64,000 nucleotides of DNA, from NCBI GenBank assembly GCA_050084985.1, contig JBITNC010000001.1, positions 201,314,001 through 201,378,000 of the forward strand. Direction: 5' to 3'. The notes beneath the pieces were generated by a model that worked only from the letters and a program-made list of their open reading frames with translations, made no database searches and was not told the origin of the DNA. Below, piece after piece: positions 52,888 to 64,000 of this stretch. Numbering within the stretch: the first letter of the stretch is position 1; the number at the start of each line of letters is the position of its first letter. Source of the DNA: Nageia nagi. Taxonomy: Eukaryota > Plantae > Pinophyta. A program made the position numbers and the translations under genes.

Positions 52888-55800
52888 CTAAATGTAGAAT
52901 GGAATAATATGGAGGATATTAATAGGCTCCATCTCCTCACAACCCTCTAGATCTACCAAATGATAAGCACTTGTGCCAAATTTTTGCTTGACGATATAAG
53001 GCCTTAACCAATTAGGTGCAAACTTATCTCTGAGTGGCCTCTCAAGATGTGACTGCTAATAGTTTTTTTTTAAGAACTAAGTCACCAATTTCTAATTCTT
53101 TGGGTCAAACTTTCTTGTTATGCAAATATTTCAACTACTCTTGATAGACCTTATGATGTTGAATAGCATTAACTTGTCACTCATCAAGAAGAGTTAGCTA
53201 GTCTAACTAGGATTATCTATCTTCTTGATTAGGAATGAAGACTTGCAACTAAACTCTAAGGGATAGAATATCTAACTTAACAGGCATGATAGATTCAGTA
53301 CCATAGACTAAGGAGAAAGGGGTAGCCCCTATAGGTATCTTAATGCGAGTATGATAGGCCCATAAGGCATAAGGAAGACACTCATGCTAATTCCTATGAT
53401 TATTGTTGACCATATTTTATAGGATTATGATAATGGTTTTATTGGAAGCTTTTATCTAGCCATTACCTTGGGGGTAATATGATGTGGAGAAAGAATACTA
53501 AATGTTATACCCATTGCATAATGCCCTGACATGTTGATTCTTAAAAGAAGTTCCATTATATAAGATGATCTTATGAGGTATGTCGAAGCGACAAATGATA
53601 TGAGTGTCTATAAAGTTGGCAATCTTGGGATCAATAGTAGACACTAGGGCCTCTACCTTGACCCACTTAGTAAAGTACTCAATCATGGTGATGATAAACT
53701 TATGTCTACCTAAATATTATAGTACAAACTATCCTATAAGATCAAAGACCCACTAAGAAAATGGCCATAGAGATTGAATAGGGTTAAGTTTTTGAGCAGG
53801 AAGATCATGCAAGTGAGAATGATGCTGACACTTAACACATTTTCTAACATATTCTTGATAATATTTCTCCATGGTAGGCTAATAATATCCCATTCTAAGC
53901 ATACATTTGGCAATGGTTGTTCCATTAAAGTGCCCACCATAAATGCCATCATGACAAGTTTGTATTGCTATTTGTTGATCACAAAGCTCTAGGAATCGAA
54001 GGAGGACACCATCATAGGATTGCTTATAGACCACATCTCCTAGTATGGTATACCTAAAGGATTTCTAGTTGAATATCCATTTCTCACTAATTGACAAATT
54101 AGGTGGTGTGGTATTCCACTTAAGATACTCATGTAACTTTTTATACCATAGATCACAATGCTCAATGGTAATCTCACTGATAGAAGTTGAAGGCAAGCCT
54201 TGTAGTAAAGATGAATTAAGTATAGACTCTTTTAAAATCACAATCTCCCCATGTTGAATATGTATATGAGGATTTGAAGGAATAAGATATCCTAGAGAGG
54301 CCATGATGTTAGCAAACCTATTAGAATATCAAGGAGCAACCTCAATTTTATAAGCCTTAAACAATTTCAAAAAACTCAAGGCCATATCTCTATAAGTATT
54401 CAAGAGATCATTATGACACTGATAGATACCCAAGACTTGATTGGTTATTAATTGAAAATCTCCATAGATATGGAACTACTCAAAATTTAACTCTACGGTT
54501 CCCCTAAGTCCTAAAAGAAGCACCTCATACTTAATATTATTATTTGTAAATGGGAAGTTTAGCTTGAAAGAATATGGAATAGGGGTACCTTGGGGCATGA
54601 AGAAAATAACTCTAGCCCCTCTAGCTTGTTCACACCTAGATCCATCAAAGTACATAGTTATATCATAGTCCTCTTGAGTATCAACTATCTCCTCAATCTC
54701 ATCTACTTTAGAAATATCCTAATTAGGGAGGGTGATCTTAAGAGGAGTAGTTAATTGAATGGGTGCTTGGGCTAATTGATCTGTTATGGCTTGACCTTTA
54801 ATATATTTATGGCTGATAAATAGCATCAAAATCAAACAAGAATAAGATCCATTTTACTTCACATATTATGGTATGCTTTGCTCATCATATGCTTTAATGG
54901 ATCAACTTTAGAAATGACATAAGTAGTATGGTTTAGCATGTAATGTCTCAACTTTATGGTTGCAAAGACAAGGGTGAGATAAAGTATCTCAATATAGACA
55001 TAGCAAAGCTCATAATCAACCAAGGTACGATTGAGGTAACAAATATCTTGCTCCTTAGCCTGATCAATTTTCTATGCAAGCATGACTCCCAAGGTAAAGT
55101 TAATGGTTGAAAGATATAAGTGAAAGGGGATATCATCCTTAGGTGGAATGAACATAAGAGGTTTGAGAAAATATTATTTTATATCATCAAAGGTCTTTTG
55201 AAAACCCTCATTCCAATCAAATCTCACACCCTTCTTAAGGAGTACATTAAATGGGCAACACTTATCAGAAGGCTGAACTATAAATCACTTGATAACTTGA
55301 GTTTTGACTTGGATACTCCTTAAAGTTTTAAGATCATGAGGTAGAGGCATACTAGTAATGGCAATGACTTTCTTAGGATCAACCTTGATACCTCTCTTAG
55401 AAATAATAAATTCTAAAAGCTTGCCTAAAGTGACACCAAATATACACTTTCTAGGGTTTATCTTGATATTATGCTTAAGTAACCACTACAAGACTTTATC
55501 TAGAACCTCCCAATGTTAATATCTTATTCTTAACTTGGCCAACAAATCATCTACATAATCTTCCATAATATCATGCATCATATCATGGAATACATGTCAT
55601 AGCTCGCTGATAGGTGGCCCTAGCATTCTTGATTCCAAAAGGTATGTATTTATAACAATAAGTCCCCCAAGGTGTAGTGAAAGTAGTCTTTTATTGGTCA
55701 TTTGGGTTGACCCAAATCTGATTATAACCTAAGAATCTATCCATGGGGGATAACATCTCATATCCTATTATGTTGTCAACTAAAGTGTCAATGTTTGGCA

Positions 55801-58800
55801 GGGGAAAGTCATCCTTAGGGAAAGTGACATTAAGATCTCTAAAATTTGTACATACTTGAAGGTGACCTTTTGGATTTTTGATAGGGACCATATTTAATAC
55901 CCACTAAGGGTAATCTATACCCTGAATGAACTTGGAATCTAATAGCTTCTAAATCTCTTCCTTGATCTGAAGAGACTTAGCAAGATCAACTCTCCTAGGA
56001 TTTTACTTAATAGGTTTCATGTTGGTATTGGTGAAAATATTATGGACAATAATATTGGAATCCATACCCAAAATATCAGTATAACCATAATAGAAAACTT
56101 TGACATACTTCTTCAATAATGCTATACCTATGGCCCTTCTTGACTTGTCTAAGATATCCCCCAAGTAAGCTATCTTAGGGTTCATGGGATCATTGATGAG
56201 ATTGAACTCAACTGACTTACCAATGTGCATGTGAGACCCATCCATTAATTGCTTAAAAATGGGAAGATATACATAATCATTATCATCCAAACTATTGATA
56301 AATGAAACTAATTTAGACAACTTAGCTTCATTAAAGCAATCAAAACAAAAAGAAGCATCACACAAATCAAAGGAAAAATTTGAAAAAGGTGAATAGAGAT
56401 ATGTAGGCCAAGGATTAATAAAAGTATATGAGGAACATTCCAAAAGAGGGTTGAGAGGTGAGAAACCATCAACAAAAACTATGGAAACCTAAATGAAAGG
56501 GCTATCAGAAGACTCATGGAAGAAATTTCTTAGGATGGAACACTTTAAAGCATTAGGACTAGATGGACTAAAACACAACAAGATGTCATGCTTGTAATTA
56601 TGCTCCATTGCCCCTATTGGAAGATTAATACTGATAAAATATTCTTCTAGAGGCTTGAGTTTAGGACCATGAAACCCTAGATCATGCTTATCTTGGTCAG
56701 ATTGAAAAGGAATGAAAAAAGCATAAACCATGCCATGTTCATATTTACCTAAGCCATAACCTTTCCATTTTCATGTAGAAAAGAGCTTACACACTAGGTC
56801 AAGACATGAAAGATAATATATCTTGGCATAAAACATTTCCTTGAGATAAGGCTCAAGGGGTATGTCCTGGGGTGTATCCACACCTGCATAAATAAAGAAA
56901 TATAGGTTCAAGTATAAGCCTAGAGGACTAAGAGAATGGGGAGATGGTGAGGATTCCAAATTTATCCCTAAGTCTTGTATAGAAGGAATATTAAAAATCA
57001 CATCATCAATATGATATTTCCCCTTTCTAATACATTCATATTTGATAAGGTCAAGAGATGGTGAAATGACCATATACATAGAATGTTGATCAAGAAGATC
57101 AAGATCAGCTTGGGAGGAAGAGGTATCATCTTCATATGAAGCATCAAAAATAAAATAAGAGAAAGGAACATGGAACTAATCGAGGGGTAGCACATGATGA
57201 TATGATGGCTAGTCACTTATAGGGGTAGGCACGGACTGAACCTTATTATTGGAATAATATTGCAAAGACTCCTTAGGTGACTTACCCTCATCACATATAA
57301 AAGGAGAGGGAAGTGAAGAAGATGGATATGAAGAAAAAGTAGACTAAGCATGAGATAAAGACAAAGAGGAAGGCTCTTGTGAATGAGAAGAAACTAGATT
57401 AGGATGATCATTCACAAGAATGGTGATAGGAAAAAGACACCCACATGGAATCTAAGGAGACTTAGGGGAAAAATTTTAATTGCAATGACTAAAAGGATTT
57501 AGATCAACTATTATGTAATGGACCATTTTATTATGTAAATATTTTAGATACCTATGTAAAGTAGATAGAAATACCTCCATATCGTCAATTCATGATCGAC
57601 CTAAGAGCAAATTATACTGCATTTCACCCTCAACCACATGATATGTTGCTATAATTTCTCTAACTCCAACCTTCACTAGAAGTGTAACTATGACCATGGT
57701 TGTTTCCAAAGTATTGTTAAAGGCCCTAATAGTGAGAGTAGTTGCATTTAAGAACTTGATAGGGACCTTTAATATTTTAAGTTCCATGGATGATATAACA
57801 TTTATGGCTGATCCATTATCTATTAGCACTCTTTTTGAAGGATGTGAATCCACATAGGCAAAAATGTACAAACTAAGATGCCTTTCCTTCTTAGTTTGAG
57901 AATATTGAATCTCATCTTGATAGAATGTGATACCCAACCTAGTAGCACTCTAAAAAACTCCTATGAAATCTCCAAAAGAATAGGGATTATTTCCATCTAG
58001 CTCAATAGCTTTTAGTATTTTGTTCAAAGCATTCCTATGTTCTATGGATTGCTACAATAGATCCCATAAGGAAAACTTTGTTTGTGTAGTCCAAAGCTAC
58101 TACTCTAACTATGTTTGAATGGTAATAGGGGCCCTAAAAGGTTGTTATTGAATCTAAATTCAAGGTTGAGGCAATGCTTTGTTGAATTCCTACATCCTGT
58201 GGGGGAGGAGGAGGTGCTCTATCATTACCCTAACCTATCCTAGTGGTGACCCTAATCATGTTACTATCATGTACTTCTATAATCTGATATGCTGGGGCTA
58301 GGTCTATAATATCCAAAAACTCAATATTTGAAACTACATCAATTCCTCCAACAAAAGGAAAGTGTGAATCTATATCTATAAATCCTATAAAATCATTATT
58401 CTATTTGTGTTATAATCATGTACAACCTCTTACATTAGATTTGATGAGATATTATTGATATTATTATTATACCAAGGCAAGGGATCTTGAAATACACCCA
58501 AATTCCAATTGGGTTGAGCTAAGGGGTTACCTATTGATACTTTTCCACTATTAATAATCATTGAATGATATATTGATTACACTTATTTGTATCATATCCT
58601 TTTGGTCTATGGTAAGTGAAATAATCATTATATTTTTACCATGTAGGTTTCTCCTAATTAGGATCTTCTAGCTTGACTTTGGGGAGAGTGACTAATTAAG
58701 CATTCAAAAGATTTCTCAAGACATCCTTAATAGGTTCAACCAAAGTTGTATGAGGTTTATGTGGCCTGTACTATCAAGGTTTCCCAAGCCTATATGGATC

Positions 58801-60590
58801 TTGTTGATTATTTTGCTGATTGTTAGGCCTAAGTATTTCCTAGTTCTGAGGCTCTGATGGTGCATTAGCCCTAGGTGGCCATGGTAGATCTTACTGAATA
58901 ACTAGCTATGTATGTGATACCTAATTACTCTATAATTTTTGATAAGAAGTACTAGGATTATTGCCATTATTTTGGTACTTATGATTATTATTATATTTAT
59001 TTCTTAGCTTGATTTATCCATCTTGTACCTTAGCTTCCTCTATTAACTTAGCTTGAGATAGCACATCCTCAAATGTGCGATGTTGTTGTATCCTAAGAAT
59101 ACAATAGATATGTTTATTGCAAATACAAAAGAATAATTTGACTAAATTTTCCTATGGAAAAGTGTAAGACATATCCATAACAATAGCCCTCCATCTACAT
59201 ACATAATTAGATATGGACTCATCCACAAATTATGATAGTTTGTAATTGAAGTGCTCTTATGTATGTTGATGGCAAAGTGATCTAAGAATCTATCAACCAA
59301 TTGTTCAAAGGAGTATATACTATGCTATGGAAGGTTATTGTACCAATCTAAAACCTAACCTACCAATTTCATTAGGAAGGTCCTAAGCATAAGCACATCA
59401 TCATTACTAATAATATAACAAGAATACTTGAATTGATGAAGGTGCTCTTTGGGATATTCCTTGACCTTGAATTTGTCAATCTTAGGTACTTCAAACTTGT
59501 ATGGAAAGGTGTTAGTGGGCATGCTAAGATGGATTAGATCATTAAAAATAGAGGTATATGACAACTTTAATTTTTCATGTTCATTAGCCTGAAGCTTCAT
59601 AACCTCCAACCTCTTTAAGATTTGATCATTGACTATGAGAGGTTGAGGATTAACTATGGCCTGAGACTATGGTAACATACTAATAGGATGATCCTCACAC
59701 TAATAATATGGGTCATATTGATCATCATAATGTACATCTTGATCCCATTAAAATGACTATCCATAACTAGGCTATGTGTCAAGGTTTAAAAGATTTCAAC
59801 CCAAAATCCTTATAGTCAATTGATACTACAACTCATGATGATCAAGAGATTGAGTGGGCCCATGCAAAGAGGCTCTAGCAAGATGATATGATTCATCATA
59901 TTTAGGATATAAATAATGTACAAGGGATATAGGATGGGCATACACATGATGAGGATCTAAAACTTGATGTGCATATGTTTATCGAGGTGGCACCACTACT
60001 CAAGAAGAAGAGAAATAATATAATTGTAGTGGTGGATCGACCCCTAGAAATTTCTATATAGACCCTGGATCATAGGATCGCTCAAGAACATCTCACATGG
60101 AGAGACATGAGAATTGGTAGAATGAAGACGTAGATGAATTGAACTAGGTTGATGTAAAGAGATCCTAGGATCAGGATTAGGCTAGTATATGGAATAAGGG
60201 TCATTCTAAGGAGGGTCTAACTAACAATGTTCAAAAGGTCTTTCTAAAGAAAGGTGATCCTCTATCCTAGAAAGATTAGCCCTATGAGGTATTGCACGAT
60301 CATGTCTCTCCTATCAAGAGGTAGACTTTAACACACAGAACCACTCTAAGGTTTGACTAAATGATAGACATGGTGAAGACTATGTGTGATCATGTGGAGG
60401 CAAATGATGTGGTGTACGAGACCTACTATGTGGGACCTACAAGTGGGGAAGAGGATGTGATGGATTAATCTGAGTAGCTCATTCCTCTTCCTCTCTAGCA
60501 TGACGTAGAGACCTAGTCTTAGCCATGTGAATAGACCAAGGATTCTCATCCCTAGAAGGCACACAAGACATGGTGACTAAAAGGTGTACA
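52888..60590 (-). pseudogene. Element D gag-PR-G-patch-RT-RH-aRH-INT
   Basis: gag FPYKFEVPKIDKFK, protease VLIDNGSAINV..LLLGR, WKGYGLGKYEHG, RT PKDDFPLPNID/YVDDLL, aRH MYFDGSRCEQ, INT IEYFTKWV and PQGNG, end EPINILHIIPFYI*. Start is approximate. Confidence 0.9.
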
Positions 60591-62143
60591 CTTAATGGAA
60601 TTATAATTAAGGTGTATGATGTATCAAATAAGAGTCCTAACTAAATCCAAAGCATATAATCAAATAATGTGTAAAGCAATAAATCACTTAGTAAGAAGCC
60701 TATAATTTAGTTAAAAAATCTTGTTTAATATGTATGCAATTAACACCAAAAAGCCTAAATGATCACTTTAAAATAGCTCTAAATGAGAAGAAGTAATAAT
60801 GTGAGATAGCAATGGTGCTTATCTTATTTCATTATTTCTTCTTCAATTTGAAATTATCTTTTTAGTAAGCCAATTTTTATGCAAGTGTTAATTTCAACTC
60901 TTTATAGTTTTCCTAAATATGTATCTAGTTAGGCATTTTGAGGTAAAGCTCAATCTCTAGGGGTGTAGAATGTTTTACAAGGTGTCACAGGTACCTCTAT
61001 CATTACTCACCAATAGAGGGGGGCTCCCAATCTTGGTGATGAAATCCAAGTATGGGTTAGGTCATGGATATCACTTCCATGTACCCTAGTCACTCTCGAG
61101 GTATATGATGGACTTTTAATGCAAGAAAGTAAATATGAAATGCAATGCTATATGATAATGCAATGCAATTACACCTACCAAATGCTTGCTTTCTAAAATA
61201 AAATCCAAATCACTCCCAACCCAAGGATGTTAAAATAATAAAGTATGCGTTTTGCTTTTTGAAATAAAAGATAATGCAAGAGATAGCAATGTCTTTTAAT
61301 GTACAAAATAATCAGCAAATCAAATCCTAAAATTGAAATAAATCCCTTTTCAAGATATTGATTTTAAGCAACAAATAAAATTTTCAATGTGTGATGCACC
61401 AATCCCACCCAAAATGCAATGCACTTCACTGTGAGAAAGGGGAAATCCTAGATAAAATAAGCAATCAAACTATATGGACGAGGTGCAAAAAGTAATCCAA
61501 AAACTCACCCAGCATTAGAATGTTAACTCCTGCTCCAATTGTGGTGATTTGTTCAATGGTAACAAGTATCTATCTCAAGATCATCCACTACAGGGATGAC
61601 CAATGCCAATCATCTAGGTGATCAAAAGTCATTTGAATGATTATAGGTGCACTTAGAGTTAAATTTAAAATAAAAAATAAAAGCAAGTAAAACCCTATGA
61701 CAAGGGTGTTGACATATCCTATGATAAGGACACCCAAAGTAGTATATGTAAAACTTGATAATGGAGTACTACCCCCAGTACAAATGAGATTAGGAACATA
61801 AATGCTAAAATAATAACATAACTAAAATAACAGTCAAAATCATCCTTTTGTATGATGACTATAAAAATCATCTAGATGACCTTATAGTCATCCTAATGGG
61901 GGATGATTTATAGTAAGGATCAAATGGTAGAGGGATGATTTAAACTATGCTTGTAAAGAGGCATTAAGGTTCTTAAATTTTGATCCTCTTGTTTCCAGTA
62001 CAATAAGGTATTCTACAAGTTATAGCCAAAAATTAGTTTTTAACAACTCCAAATTGCAAGAAATATCCAAAATTCAAAAACCACCAAAATAAGGTAAAAT
62101 ACTTAGGCAATACTCTTTTGTATTGGGATCTAGGACTAGTAGG

Positions 62144-62161
62144 GTCCCATCGTGATCACCA
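62144..62161 (-). promoter_or_regulatory. PBS, tRNA-Arg type (element D)
   Basis: TGGTGATCACGATGGGAC on -, 2 nt from the LTR. Confidence 0.8.
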
Positions 62162-62163
62162 TT

Positions 62164-63382
62164 TATGAACATATCAGAATCCTCAACACATCAAACATTC
62201 AAACCACTCATGAGTATTCTAAGATCTAAAGCATTCAATACTAAATTTTCCTATGTTATATTTTGACAAAATGATAAAAACAAAGTGTAAGAATGATCCT
62301 TGACCTTCAATGATATCACTATGTTGTCAAATCTAAAAAGGAAATATAAATAACGAAAGAGGACCTCAAATCATAAGTTCTTAAGATCTTGTGATTATCC
62401 AAAGTGGGATGAAACCCCAACTCAACAAGGTTGTAGATCCCCTTAGTCCATAATTGTATGGATGCTCATAAATATTTTAATGCCTAAAATGCAAATGTGT
62501 ATGCTAGACTCATAAATATAGGTGTTAAATGCTTGAACAATGATAATTGATAAATGATATGATAGATCTATGCTAAATTGACAAGTGACATTCAAGATTT
62601 GGCATATATAAGTGATATGATATATGCAAAGATTGAACTAAATGATAATGTAAGATAATTTAGATCACAAATGCAAAGATAAAATCAATGGATCTAAGCT
62701 AAGAATTATAAATTAAGTAATAAAGCTTGAAAAAGCTAGGGTTTGGACCTTAAAGTTCAAACCCTAGACTAAAACCCTAGGATGTATTAGCCTAATTAAT
62801 GCCTAAATGTCATACAAGATGCAATTGCTAATTAAGATAAAAGGATACAAGCTTCAATTAATGATGGATGGATTTTCAAATATGGAAATAGCATGAAAAG
62901 ACACCATTAATTATTTCAAATAAAATCTAATATGATAAGGAATACCTCAATCCATTTGTGGTGGAGAAGCATGCTCAAATATTGAAGAGGAATATTCTTG
63001 ATTTGGTAAGCCTTTCACAACAATCTCCAAATGCTCATGTACAATCATTGGAAAATACATAGGTTGAAAATTCCATACAAGTCAAGGTGTAAAACTTGAA
63101 TAATAAGCTTGGAATTTGTACCAATTGACTTTTATAATACTCAATCAAAATAGTTTTAACAACTATGACATTTGCAAGCTCGTTCGGGTGACTAACAAGT
63201 CATCGAGGTGACTGGTACCAAAGAGTGTTAGCAAAATAAAATGCCTAGACTAAATTGATCAATCTAATCGATGGACCTACAAAACACAAGTTAGTAAAAC
63301 ATGATAATATAACACATGATATATGCCAAAATGTCTATGTAACCTTATCAATGATGCAAGATGAATTTTTAGGGTGTTTACA
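62164..63382 (-). repeat. Element D 5' LTR (1219 bp)
   Basis: TGTAAACACCCTAAAAA...GTTCA(C>T)A on -. Confidence 0.9.
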
Positions 63383-63387
63383 TTGTA

Positions 63388-64000
63388 CATCTAAGTGGCT
63401 CATATTTTTGTTAGAGTTTGACCTTGAGTTTGTTAGTTATAAATCTTTTAAGGGTTAGGTTATTGTAGATCAGTTAGCTAAAGCACACTTGAATGAAAAT
63501 TATCCTCTTGAGATCAATATCCCTAACAAGGATATTTTAAAGATTAATGAAGAGGAAGAGCTTGTCAGTACTCATGAGGACTTTAACATGACTATGTGCT
63601 TTTATGGATCCAAGTGTGAGCAAGGTGGTAGTATGGGAGTTATTTTATTTACACCTTAGTGTGTCCCTATCCCTTATTCCTTTAAGTTAGCCTTTCCTTG
63701 TACCAATAATAATGTAGAGTATGAAGCCTTGATCTTAAGTCTTAGGACTGTAATTGAACTCAAGATCAAGAGAATCATGATCTATGGAGATTCTCTCTTA
63801 GTAATTAATCAAATCCTTAAAGTTTATGAATTTCATAATGTACTCCTTAAGTCTTATAGAGAGGAGGTTGTCAAACTCTTCAAGTGATTCAATACTTATA
63901 AGATCGAGTTAGCCCCTAGGTATTCCAATAAGTTTGTAGATGCTATGGCTTTATTAGGTTCACTTATTCCACCTAATCCTCATTTATGTGTTCAACATGT
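63388..64000 (+). pseudogene. Element B RNase H C-part and archaeal-type RNase H
   Basis: TSKWLIFLLEFDLEFVS..KG*VIVDQLA, MTMCFYGSKCEQGG, CTNNNVEYEALILSL, IYGDSLLVINQ. Confidence 0.9.

Larger units (their letters stand above)
34265..63382 (-). mobile_element. Element D: Tat-like Ty3/gypsy (29.1 kb including nested inserts), TSD TTGTA
   Basis: TTGTA at 34260-34264 and 63383-63387. Paired LTRs, Arg PBS, PPT, complete gag-pol order, antisense PMD gene. Confidence 0.92.
26695..64000 (+). mobile_element. Element B: Tat-like Ty3/gypsy, RT deleted, split in RNase H by element D; continues past the window
   Basis: 5' LTR, Arg PBS, gag, protease and G-patch. RNase H rejoins across D. aRH at the window end. 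Confidence 0.85.

Noticed and set aside
26900-62780. Scattered AAACCCTA telomere-like motifs
   Set aside because: Isolated single copies common in plant LTRs and UTRs; not an interstitial telomeric array.

Overview
AT-rich, strongly CpG/CHG-depleted plant nuclear DNA. The LTR styles and heavy decay look gymnosperm-like, but the species cannot be assigned from this sequence. The only host coding sequence is a terminal exon (4661-5052, +) of an At1g27850/BPP-like protein ending in a CaaX box. Its preceding intron contains LTR remnants. From about 9.06 kb to the window end there is a reconstructable five-level nest of decayed Ty3/gypsy retrotransposons: F (chromovirus-like, -) > E (Tat-like, -) > B (Tat-like, +) > D (Tat-like, -, TSD TTGTA) > C (chromovirus, -, TSD TCCCT). 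A complete Tat-like element A (16449-24714) and two solo LTRs also sit inside the nest. Elements E and D each carry a degenerate Plant Mobile Domain (PMD/MAIN-like) gene antisense to gag-pol, none of which is in the ORF track. The copy in E shows a clean phase-0 GT..AG intron. D also contains a 3.6-kb Helitron-like insert with PPR gene fragments. All TE ORFs are pseudogenised, mostly by C>T/G>A changes. Coordinates and alignments were done by eye.
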